Source of the DNA: Takakia lepidozioides
Taxonomy: Eukaryota; Plantae; Bryophyta
Reading direction: 5' to 3'
DNA: 64,000 nucleotides
Assembly: GCA_030704615.1 (NCBI GenBank)
Contig: CM060733.1
Span: forward strand, 1,984,001-2,048,000
Under the pieces are notes generated by a model, which worked only from the letters and a program-made list of their open reading frames with translations, did no database searches and was not told the DNA's origin. Shown here piece after piece: positions 38,506 through 49,969 of the stretch (position 1 is the first letter of the stretch; each line of letters opens with the position of its first letter). A program made the translations under genes and the position numbers.

Positions 38506-38673
38506 GTGATAGGTCTGTAGTTAGATATATTAGTGCGGTCTCATTTTTTGAAGAGCAGTGTTACCACCCCTTGAGACATAGAGGCGGGCATTCGCGCTAC
38601 CTGGAAAATATGATTAGCCATGGAGATGAAGTCTTTTGAGATATCCTTCGAGAGAGCCTTGTAAAACTCCACT
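38506..38673 (-). mobile_element. LINE RT fragment continuing the LINE at 58537-61200
   Basis: VEFYKALSKDISKDF..MPASMSQGVVTLLFKK*DRTNISNYRPIT follows KSPGLDGMS at 58537 in frame once the insertion is removed. Confidence 0.9.
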
Positions 38674-39699
38674 TGTCGCGCACCTCACTTTGGTAAGCTC
38701 CCCTTCAAGTCATAGTTACTCGCTTTGATGCGCGCGCCTAACTCCCAACCTGGCCGCCGGGCCAACTCGGAGCTTCGGCTGCTCACCGGGACATAACGGT
38801 CCCCATTTTCTCCCCCAACAGACCCTCCACCAATTTGGACCTAGTGGAAATTCCCTTTGGTAGATGGCAGTCCGGAATAGCTCTCCACTTCTTGGTCGCT
38901 TTCCGGCTCGCTCGCTTACTCACTAGTTTTTGGTCACCAATGGGCTTGCACCGTTCTCGGGGTTACTACTCCCTATATATACTTCTGTGACTGTCTGCAG
39001 GGGTTTCACAAACAACCATGTCATTTTATGGCGAACCACCACGAAGACCCTTGATTCCTGGTGATGAGTCGCGGTGAGTCTTGGCCCATCCACCACGGCC
39101 CCATTGGACCGTGGTGAGTCCCAAGACTCTCCACGACTCCCACCACAAGGTCTCTGCCCCATGGTGAGACCTATGCCACCCCCACTAAGTCCCATTAAGC
39201 TACCACCACCCATTGTGGAGCCACCCCCACCGCAACCCGGTGTGCGGGGCTCCACCTAGTGAGCGCCTCCGCCTCCTTGAGTGCCTTAGGGACTCAAGGG
39301 TGCTTCAGCCCCCCGTACCTATTGCTGCTACCGCCCCGCACTACGACTTCGTCCCGAGGCTACACGATTATAGTACGTGAACGGAAGCATGTAGCTTCCG
39401 TGTTAGCCCGCACTACAAGACAACCCCCCTCGGTAGCGCAGTTATAGTACGCACACGCGCCAGGTGCGCACTAGCACGTGAACTCCCAAAGCAGGCGCAA
39501 GTTTTTTTGCCCCTTGGATGGGAGTTACCCGATTTCGGCTCTACGCAAACACACGATTAATCCAATTTACCTCTCTCACTTTTGTAAGCATTATAACAAA
39601 ATTTGTACAACACAAGTTTTTGCAATCGGATTCTTGAGCTAGCTAAGCTGGGCTAAGCATGCATTTCCTCTCCCATGATCTAAGGTTGATGTCCCCATC

Positions 39700-41099
39700 A
39701 ACGCTTCTTCCGCTTTTGAGGTCGCCCTTCGCGTTTCCCATTTCTGAGGCACGCACCCAAGATGCCTCCACATGATGATAGCCCTTCCATTTCACGAGAT
39801 ACTCCGTTTCTCGATTCTTGAACCTCCTCAACTTAAGCATTGCCTCCACCTCGTACTCAGGTTCATTTTCATGATCCAACATCACAGGTGGCGGACGCAA
39901 CACTTGATGCCGATTCGGACGCGCTTCATCTTTGAAGTAAGGCTTCAAAAGGGAGACGTGGAATACTAGATGCACCTTGCTGTTTGTCGGCAGCTCCAAT
40001 TCATACACATCCTCATTCATAACCTTCCGGATGCGAAAGGGTCCCGCATACGGAGGTACGAACTTCGGGCTCACTTCCGGAGGTAGTCAAAAATTCTTGA
40101 TGTTCAACCAGACCTCCGTGCCTGCCTCAAACTTAACTTCCCTCCGCTTCCGATTCGCCTGCCTTTCATACCGTTTCCTAGCTTTGGCAATGTTGTACTT
40201 TACAAGCTTCAACAAACGCTTGCGTTCTTCCACCACCACTGCTGCTGTTGGTTCCTCAACGTCTTGGGCGGCCCAACTTGTCGGCACCAGAGGTGCTTTT
40301 CCATAGACCAATACGAAAGGGGAAACTCCCGTTGCGGAGTGTTTTGTGTTATTATAACAGAACTCTGCCGCATCCAAGTGCTCCACGCAGGATCTACTTC
40401 ACCACGGAATTCACCCTTTCTGTTTGGCCGTCCGTCGTAGGTCGAAAGGCGGTGCTCATCTTGAGCTTTGTCCCCATTGTCTTCCAAAGTGCCCTCCAAA
40501 ATTTACTTGTAAACTTTGGATCGCGGTCCGAGACAATATCCTTCGGGAGTCCATGATGCTTGAAGACGTGGGCGAAATAAAGTCGCCCCGTCTCCTGCGC
40601 CGTTGCCGTCTCCTTGGTGGGGATGAAATGGCCCATTTTACTGAACCTATCCACCACCACCATGATTGCATCAAATCCTTTTGACAGCGGCATAGCAGTC
40701 ATGAAATTCATCGAGACACTTTCCCAAGACCCCTCTGGAATCGACAAGGGTTTTAACAGTCCCGCTTGCTTTTTGTACTCGCTCCAGTTTTGTTGGCATG
40801 TGGTACATGTCTTGACATACTCCTCGGCCTCTTCCCTCAGTTTGGGCCATAAATACTCTTTCTTCAAGAGTGCCGCGGTGCGCTTGGCTCCGCCGTGGCC
40901 CGCAAGTGGGCCATCATGGCATTCTCTCAAGAGACTATATCTGATCCTTCCCTTCGGCACGTAGAGACGCTTTTGCTTGTACCGGAGCAGTCCATTTTGC
41001 AAGTGCAACTGTGATTTAACCCCCATCCTCAAGTCCCGCATCACGGACTTCGCCATCTCATCCTTCCGGTAAGCCTTCCGGATCTTCCTTTGGAGCGCC
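39700..41099 (-). pseudogene. Chromovirus integrase and chromodomain
   Basis: HDGPLAGH..CTTCQ, VVDRFSK, SDRDPKF, DGQTERVN, GPF, HLVFHVSLLKPY, EYEVEAML..EYLVKWKGY..EASW; frameshifts. Confidence 0.92.
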
Positions 41100-41104
41100 G
41101 TCTC

Positions 41105-42231
41105 TGTTAGAGGACTGTAGGGGACTTAGACACTTATACGGGATCTGTAAGGTACCCTTAATTTTTGCACAAACTGAGACAAACAGGAACCTTAGGGGTG
41201 ACAGCAGCGCACTGTAGAGGGGGGTTACATAGCCCACATTGCCGACACAGCAGTCACAGCCACACACCACACAGCCCGACACAGTCGTCACAGCCCACAC
41301 AGCCGTCACACCAGCCCACACAGCCAACACAGCCCGACACAGTCGTCACACAGCCCACACAGCCAACACAGCCCTCACAGTCGTCACACCCACACAGCCC
41401 CACAGCCGTCACATCGTCACAGCCCACACAGCCAACACAGCCCGTCACAGTCGTCACACAGCAGACACACCAGCCCGTCACAGTCGTCACAGCAACACAG
41501 CCCACACAGCCAGTCACAGCCCGACACAGCCCCACACAGCCAGTCACACACAGCCCGGCACAGCCCGACACAGCCAAACACAGCCAGTCACCGCTTGACA
41601 CAGCTGTCACGATAATAGGGAACGAAGAGTAGGACAGGGAACGACTGTGGGGAACAACACCAGTGAAGGGAACATGTTAGTTCACATACGACGGTTAGAG
41701 AGGGAAACGGTTAGAACCGCGGATAGGAGGATAAAGGGAAGAACGGGGAATGATGGGGGAGGATATCATCATCATTATTCGGGGAGGACTTCGGAGGAGG
41801 CGGGAGCGGAAGTCGGTGAGCACGATGAAGGAGGAAAGAGGATTAGTAGATGCTTGTTATATGCAAAGCTGTAGGATATTGTAGAGAGAATAGAGACACA
41901 ATGGCTTCGGCCTGATACCTGATAAATCATAATCTGATACTTATACGATACAATCACACTGTGTAGAGAGATCTGAGTGAAGCTGTGGATTGAATGGAGG
42001 AGTGAAGGAAACCGATAAATTGATGAAGCAAACTGATACTTAATTATCAATGGTAAGGTAGCTAAGATGAATGCGAAAAGGAAACAAATAGGAAACACCC
42101 CCATGATACACTAGCTGTAGGTCATGACTGATTGTTCTGCGCGGGCTGAGTACTTAGAGATTTCCAACTCTTCTATCTTGGAGTTTCCGCCTCGGATAGC
42201 GAAGGGATGGGTGAGTAAAAGCCGCGCGACA
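41105..42231 (+). repeat. 5' LTR with CACAGCC minisatellite (~41229-41610)
   Basis: TGTTAG..CGACA; matches 53553-54666. Confidence 0.96.
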
Positions 42232-42819
42232 TTTGGCGACCATACTGGGGACCTGGGACATGAACAACCAGATGTGACAGGCATCTGGTGGGATCATGGT
42301 GGTTGGACCATTAAAGAATTTGAAGTGAATCAAATTCCCTGTGGAACGAAGGAAGAAAGATTGTCCAAACAATTCTTTCAAAGGTTCTTGGAATTGCCAG
42401 ACGGATGTAAAGAAAATATTCTTAAACGAGTGCATGATGCTGATCCAGAATGGGGTCTGGAGAAAGGAGTGATAAAGATTTATCAGGTAGCCTGTAGAGG
42501 AAGAGCACGTTGGTTACCAACATTAGTTTATGTGATAGCGTTGCTATCCATTAAACGAGTAGAGTTTGAAGGCTGGGAAGAAAGAAAGGTGAATGTTTAT
42601 ACTCATATGCATGAAGAGCTTGTACTGGTAAAGAATTGGATTCCAAAGGATATTTTGTGGATCAAACTCACACCAAGAACAGCTTTTCAGACTTGTTTGC
42701 CATATGGTTATATGGTAACGGAGACTTCAAGTATAGCCAAGGGTGCATTGAAGCTTGAAAGAAATCCAGGCATATACGAGAGATATTACAGAAGAGAGTT
42801 TTGGTTATTGCCACATTAA
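42124..42819 (+). CDS. ORF0, unknown function, starting inside the LTR and reading through the PBS
   Basis: 231-codon open frame; homologous coding segments at 62269-62449 and 63751-64000. Confidence 0.65.
   Translation: MTDCSARAEYLEISNSSILEFPPRIAKGWVSKSRATFGDHTGDLGHEQPDVTGIWWDHGGWTIKEFEVNQIPCGTKEERLSKQFFQRFLELPDGCKENILKRVHDADPEWGLEKGVIKIYQVACRGRARWLPTLVYVIALLSIKRVEFEGWEERKVNVYTHMHEELVLVKNWIPKDILWIKLTPRTAFQTCLPYGYMVTETSSIAKGALKLERNPGIYERYYRREFWLLPH
42234..42251 (+). promoter_or_regulatory. Primer-binding site, tRNA-Arg-like
   Basis: TGGCGACCATACTGGGGA 2 nt after the LTR; identical at 62379-62396. Confidence 0.85.
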
Positions 42820-42840
42820 AAGAAATGAAAGACATGGGAC

Positions 42841-45158
42841 ATGAGTGATGAAAGAGAAGCTAGACGACAAAGATATTCATCAAAAAGAGAAAGCTATCTG
42901 AAAGCTAATTATCCATATCTTTGGGAGAGAGGAATAGACATAGGGGAATCATCTGGACCTCTCACACCATCAAGATCAAAAGTGCATCACCTATACCGGA
43001 AGAACTAGAGTTGGATGCCACTCCTTCTGTTTCTTTGCAAGAAAGATTAAGGGAATTGGTACAGGAAGAAGATCAATCACGAGGTGAAAGATCTGAGGTA
43101 CATCCTTGGATAAAAGACTTGACAGAAATCTTTGATAAGAGTTGGCATGGAACACCAAAAGCAGGAACTCCAGTTTCTGAAGCAGAAGATGAAGAAGGAG
43201 ATGAGGATGTGGCAGAGCCAACGGAGAGTTCAGACTCTCCAACACCATTACAGTTGAGTTACATGAGTGAAGAAGAAACCCAAGGGCAGAACTTGGAGGA
43301 TGAAAACAGAGAGAAGAAATTGGAAGAGGAAGAATATGAAGAAGTAGACCCAACAGCTGAGGTTGAGACTACAACCAGGACATCCCAACCCGTTGGACCT
43401 GGATCAAGTGGAGCACTTGGATCACAGGCCAACGAAGGTGTCGGCTCAGGGGGATCAGGCGGGCTGCCTGGATCTGGCTCTGGGGGGACAGGGAGTGTGG
43501 GAAGTAGTGCAACTGAAGCTGGGAATACTGTGAATATCGTGGGGCCAGAAGCAGGGAGTGCTCAAGGGCCACCACTTGGTGGAAGATCCACCACAAAAAC
43601 AACAGGTCCAGAAGGACCAGCACCAGCAAGGGTGCCAGCACCTGTCAGTGGGCAGAAGGTAGGGCCACAGATGGCGTTACAACCAACACGGGCAAAACCA
43701 CCCTTTCCAATATATTCAGGAAAAGGGGATCCCGATGTACACATTAGCCAATTTGAGCACATGTGTATAGTGAACAATGAGAATGGCGATGATGCCAAGA
43801 TGAGACTGTTTCCTTGTTCACTTATCAAGAAAGCAAGTGAATGGTATGCAAGATTCCCTGATAATCATTTCCTAACCTGGAATGGCTTGAATACAGCATT
43901 TCGAAATAGGTTCAGGACAAGTAAAACTGAGGATGAAGTGTATGGAAGTTTACAACAGCTGAAGCAGAAGAAGCATGAAACTGTTGAAGAGTATATGGAG
44001 AAGATGGAATTGATGATGAAAAAGCTGGCTGCAGTACCAGCACCCGGTTTACAGAAGACTTGGTTTGTGAGTGGACTAAGACCAGAGTTGCAGAAGAAAG
44101 TGGATATGTTACCCCATAATACAGTGGAGGAGGCATTTGAAACTGCAAACAGAATTGAGCAATTGGGAATGCTCAGGAGAGAGAAAAAGGAAGATGAGGA
44201 CTCTGAAGATGAGTCAGATGAAGAAGAAGAGCTAGAACTAAAAAGAAAGAGTAAGAGAAAGGAAAAGTTGAAGAGGGATAACTATGAGAAAAGATTGGAA
44301 GAAATCTTGAAGAAGTATGCCACAGAGGCTGCAACACATTGGAGGAAGGGTGTATGGTGTGCAAAGTGCCAGAATGAAGGCCATACCACTACAGAATGCC
44401 ACATGAAGGAGAAACACTGTACTATCTGTAAAATGGATAACCATTCTACTGAGAATTGTTACTACAACAGAAGGACAGCTGCAAGAGAACCTAGGCAAGT
44501 GAGGGTGCATCAGGTGCAGCCCCAGCCAAGAAGAAGCAATGATCAGGACCACTATGGTAGGTCTGGTGGTTATAACAATGGCATGGAAGGGAGAGGTAAT
44601 CCAAGAGGGAATTACCAAGGAAATTCCAGAGGCAACTATCAGGGTAATCCAAGGGGGAATTACCAGCCCGGGAATCAGGATTATAGAAATAATCCAAGAC
44701 CAGACCAAGGGCGAGGACCCAATGGTGAAGAGCTATGTTACTATTGTAATCAGCCAGGACATCGCAAGGCAGCCTGTTCATTCTGGATAAGACACCAGAA
44801 TGAGATGAGAGCTCCTGTGAATGAGGGCCCAGTGGTGGCAGCTCACATGGTTAGGCCATGTGTTGTACCAGAAGTAAGTACAATGATAGTAACAAGAAGT
44901 AAAGCCAAACTAATACCTCCAGTAGAAGAGGAAGAAGATGAGACTGGAAGTGGCAATGATATGCCTGAAGATGAAGAGACTTGGAAGGATGAGAAGGAAC
45001 TGCACAAGGAAGTGGCAGATACTATAAGGGAAATGCAAAAGAGTACTGATATTCCTGTGGCAGATTCCTCTGATTCGGATGGAGAAAAGGGGAGTGAGGA
45101 AGAAAGGAAAAAAGAAGATGCAGACATGCAAAGTAATGAAAGACTTTGGCTGAAGTAA
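42841..45158 (+). CDS. Gag with acidic/Gly-rich N-terminus, capsid domain and three CCHC knuckles (frameshift near 42980)
   Basis: YSGKGDPDVHISQF..LFPCSL..ASEWY; CAKCQNEGHTTTEC, CTICKMDNHSTENC, CYYCNQPGHRKAAC. ATG 42841 is inferred. Confidence 0.88.
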
Positions 45159-48100
45159 TATGTCAGACCAAAGCAGAAATTACCATTGGACAGCTATTAG
45201 CTGTGGCACCTTATTGTAGGCACAGGCTGTATCAGGCAATCAATCGAATTGCCCAAGAGACAGGAAACACAGACCTGAACAGCAAGGTGACCAGTTATAA
45301 TGTGAAGCCGGAAGGGCGAGAACCAGTCATGGACTTTGATGATTCTATGCCAGTAATCCAATTGAGAATTGGAAGCACAGAACTAACTGATGTACTGATA
45401 GATGGTGGTTCTGGAGTAAATATCATGACAGACCAATTAAGGAAGAAGCTTGGTCTAAGTAACATGAAACCAGCCCCATTTACAGTAACAATGGCAGATC
45501 AAAGAAGTGTACAGCCATTGGGATTAATAAGAGGAGTTAAGATACAGATACAGAAAATGATCTTTATGATCACAGTAACTGTATTAAAAATGGATGAAGT
45601 CATGGAGGCTTACTCCTTATTATTGGGACGTCCGTGGCTGAAACAGGCCAGGGTATTCCATGACTGGAATTCTCAGTTACTAACTGTGCATAATGGGATG
45701 CACGAGATACAAATTACCACAAAGAAATCTAGTAGATTACCTGCTACAAGAAGACCTCGAGGAGTCAGAGAGTATGACTGGAGGGAGGACTGGATGAGGA
45801 GCAGGAAGCTACCCTATTTGCTGCACACCCAGAATGGGAGCAGGTTGCAGAGATGCGGCTGGAAAGCCTAAGTTGTTTGAGAGGTATCTGCTGTGGTGTA
45901 GTGACAGCAACACCAACTGAAGAAGAAACCAGCATTTACCCATCACATTTCTATGAAGAAAAGAGAAGGAGAAATAGAAATCCTAGAAGAACCAGCCACT
46001 GTGAGCTTACAGGATGAAGTGGTGACTGGTTGGACAATCACAGCTGATGAGCAGGTGAGAGAAGTAAATGTGGGAACTCAGGAGGAACCGAGGATGGTGA
46101 AAGTAGGAGCTGATTTGGAGCCGGAATTCTTCGAAGAAGCAAAAAGCTTGTTCATCAAATACAGAGATGTATTTGCTTGGAGCTATGAGGATCTAAAAGG
46201 GATACCACCTGAAGTCTGTCAGCATAAAATTGAACTGGAACCAGGGTCAGTACCAATCAAGCAGGCGAGGTATAGAATGAATCCCAACTACGCACAGAAG
46301 GTTGGAGAAGAGATAAAGAAGTTGGCTGAGGCTAAGTTTATATACCCAATAGAGTATACAACTTGGTTGTCACCCATTGTTATAGTTCCAAAGAAGAATG
46401 GCAAACTAAGAGTATGTGTGAACTATAAGAAGCTGAATGCTTGTACGAAGAAAGATCCTTTCCCTTTGCCATTCACAGAAGCAGTATTAGACACTGTGGC
46501 AGGCCATGAGATGTACTCATTCATGGATGGCTTCAGTGGTTATAATCAAGTGCAAGTGGCAGAAGAAGACCAAGGGAAAACAGCTTTCATCACAGACTGG
46601 GGGGCTTATGCATACAAAGTCATGCCCTTTGGACTTTGTAATGCACCAGCGACCTTTCAGAGAGTGATAAGTGAATCTTTTCAAGAGTATCTGGATGATT
46701 TCATGCAGGTGTTTTTGGATGATTTCAGTGTGTACAGCTCTAAGAATGAGCACTTGCATAAATTGGAGTTATGCCTGGCCAGATGCAGGATGAGAGGTCT
46801 GGGCTTGAATCCCAGAGAAGTGTACTTTCTGTGTGAACTCAGGGGTGCTTCTGGGACACATTGTGTGTAAGAAGGGACTCCTTGTGGATCCCAGGAAGAC
46901 AGAGTCCATTAAAGTCTCTCCACCACCAGTGAATGTTAAGAGTTTAAGGAGATTCCTTGGGCAAACCAGTTATTACAGAAGATTTGTCAAAAGGTATGCA
47001 CAAATAGCAGCACCATTGAGCAAGCTTCTGAAGAAAGATGCAGTGTTTGCATGGACAGCTGAATGTCAACAGGCGTTTGAGGAACTTACACTGTCAGTAA
47101 CAACTACACCTGTGCTGATTAACCCTCACTGGCATGTAGTATTTCATGTTCACTGCGATGCATCAGGAGAAGCGTTGGGAGCGGTGTTAGCCCAGAATGT
47201 TACAGGGAATATAGATTCACCTGTGTACTATGCTAGCCGGTTGATGAACAGTGCTGAGAGGAACTATAGCACAACGGAAAGAGAAGCATTGGCAATGATC
47301 TATGCAGTGAAGAAATTCAGGCATTACCTATTGGGAAGAAAGTTTATGTTTTATGTGGATCACCAGGCTCTGATATATCTGGTGAACAAACCTTTGATAA
47401 GTGGAAGGATAGCGAGGTGGTTAATAATCTTGCATGAGTTTGAGTTCGAGGTTATTTACAAGCCTGGCCGTTTGCATCTTGTGGCAGATCATTTGTCACG
47501 ACTAACAACAGGAGAGGCCGCCACAGGAGTGGACGATCAGTTACCTGATGCGAGTTTATTTGTAATGGAGGTGCAAGGAAGTGCAGATGAATGGTTAGAT
47601 TGGCAGTGGCCAATCAGATACTACCTTGCTCATGGTCAGTGCCCACCTAGTTATGGTAAGGAGCAGAGGAAGAGAATCGCTATCAAAGCTTTACCTTATA
47701 CTATGGTAGGAAGCAGAATGTATAAGTTAGGACCTGATGGGGTACTAAAACGATGCTTGTACCACCATGAAGTAAATAAAGTCTTGGAGGAAGTTCATAA
47801 AGGAGTGGCTGGAGGTCATTTTGGAGAAGAGACTACCAGTAGAAAGATACTACTCGCAGGATACTGGTGGCCTACGTTGTTCAAAGATGTACATGAGTAT
47901 TGTCAGAAGTGTGATGAATGTCAGAGGCTAGGACCTTTGCAGAGATCTGGAAGAATGGCCTTGCATCCTACAATGCCTACGGAACCATTTCAGAAATGGG
48001 GACTAGACTTTGTTGGACCAATTAATCCACCATCCAAGAATACACAAAACAGGTACATAATTACAGCCACTGATTATACTACAAAGTGGGTGGAAGCTAA

Positions 48101-49238
48101 AGCTTTGAGGGACAACACAGCCAAGTCCACAGCAAGGTTCCTGTACGAGAACATACTTACACGATTTGGATGTCCCTTAGAATTTATCAGTGATCAAGGA
48201 AGTCACTTCATGAATGAGACCATTGAGTTATTGACTAAAGAGTTTATGATTGTGCATAGAAAGAGTACAACATATTACCCACAGGGTAATGGACAGGCAG
48301 AGGCTACCAACAAAATACTATGTACTATCTTGGCTAAGATAGTCAATGCAAACAGAACGGATTGGGATACAAAGCTGCTGACAGCTTTATGGTCATACAG
48401 GACTTCGTATAAAGTCACCACAAGTATACACCATTCCAATTAGTTTATGGTATGGAAGCCTTACTTCCAGTGGAATTCCTGTTACCTACCATGAGAACGG
48501 AGTGGGGAAAAAGAATGGAATTGCAAGACTCCATCAAGGTCAGGAAACATGAATTATACCATGTGAAGAAGTACGTGCTGATGCAGCTGATAATATGACC
48601 AGAATTCAGATGAAGCGAAAGGAACAGTTTGATGAAGGCAAGTTAAAGACTTTTAAGACGGGGATTTGGTTCTATGGTTGCAGAAGAAAGGAAAGATTCA
48701 AGCTTCTAAGCTTAAATCACCATGGAAAGGACCTTATGTCATACAAAAGATGTATGATAACAACACAGCCATGTTACAAACCATTAACAAAGAAATGCTG
48801 GGAAGAGTCAATGCAAATAAGTTGAAGGGGTACAGTGGTATCCATGACAAACCCCTGCAGCATGATTTGCATGTTGAACCGCAAGAGCAGTCACGGGCTG
48901 CACCAGTGTTACGAACGGAGTATGGAACACTTGTCGCTAGGCCCAGTATATATGACCGGGTGGGCAAAACAAACGTGACACAGCCTATCACAGCCCATCA
49001 CGACGTGACACAGCCTATCACAGCCCATCACGGCGTGACACAGCCTATCACAGCCCATCACGGCGTGACACAGCCTATCACAGCCCATCACGGCATGACA
49101 CAGCCTATCACAGCCCAGCACGGCGTGACACAGCCTATCACAGCCCGTCACGACGTGACACAGCCTATCACAACCTACCGCAGCGTGTCACAGCCTATCA
49201 CAGCTTACCACAGTGCAACACAGCCTATCACAGCGTAA
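45146..49238 (+). pseudogene. Pol (protease, RT, RNase H, integrase) with several single-base frameshifts
   Basis: LIDGGSGVN, LLLGRPWL, KKNGKLRVC, MPFGLCNAPATFQR, FLDDF, HCDAS, ADHLSRL, H..GH..C..C, WGLDF, SDQGSHF, GQAE, WKGPY. Confidence 0.95.
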
Positions 49239-49275
49239 CACAGTATGACACAGCCTGTCACAGCTCAACACAGCC
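48974..49275 (+). repeat. 30-bp minisatellite, ~10 copies, in frame at the pol end (VTQPITAHH[G/D])
   Basis: CGTGACACAGCCTATCACAGCCCATCACG(A/G) with a period of exactly 30. Confidence 0.95.
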
Positions 49276-49750
49276 TACTAAAGTTACACGATCCATAGAA
49301 TCAGTGACAAGTGGACACATAAAAACTTCAGGAAAATGGCTGAAGGAAGAAGAAACGGAAATTAATTTAAAAATAGACACGTGGAGGTCAGGGTGCGACA
49401 CACAGCAGAGAATGAAGTGCAAGGACAGGTGTCAAAAAGAAAGAGGACAAGAACGGCCGTCAAAAGGGATGAAAGGCGGGCCCATTAATGAATACGGAAA
49501 AAGGGAAACAGAACGAACGGCAAGTACAAAAAAACTGAATTCATGTCGCATGTGTGATCCTAGTGGACTATCCAACAGGGAAAATCCACTAAAGAAGATA
49601 AAAGTTAAAATCCAGTCACAGCGGATACAGCCAATAGAAAACCAGAGAAATGATCAAGAAAATGGAGGAAAATTAAGCGCAAGAGGCGGCGTCGTTCTGA
49701 GTAACGGGCGTCTCGACAGGACAGGCCATAAATGCTATAACTTGGAAACT

Positions 49751-49969
49751 ATGGAGGAACTAACAGACTATACGCTCGCAATATTACTTACGCAATGGCA
49801 GAGACACGAAACGAAAGAGCAGAGCTTTTCTCTTGAACAATGCTTGCAAGCCCCGCAGGCTTACAAGAGATTACCCATAGCTTTCTGCGGCAACCATACG
49901 TTTCTGCTTTGTGCACTACAGGCATTCCTGCAGTTGTTACACCAAAGCAGTTCTGTGAGTCTAAGATGA
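49751..49969 (+). CDS. 72-aa small ORF of unknown function; its stop overlaps the next ATG
   Basis: MEELTDYTLAILLTQW..FCGNHTFLLCALQAFL; conserved in a divergent copy; ATGA at 49966-49969. Confidence 0.7.
   Translation: MEELTDYTLAILLTQWQRHETKEQSFSLEQCLQAPQAYKRLPIAFCGNHTFLLCALQAFLQLLHQSSSVSLR

Noticed and set aside
41058-41632. Q/P/T/H/S- or C/V/G-rich ORFs in the LTRs (also at 31491, 53582-54030, 61493, 63433)
   Set aside because: They are translations of a stop-poor minisatellite, and the frames differ between copies.
42050-42123. Intron in the LTR ending at CTG(T/C)AG just before the ORF0 ATG
   Set aside because: Splice-like ends are present, but the interval is A-rich rather than U-rich; unsupported without RNA data.
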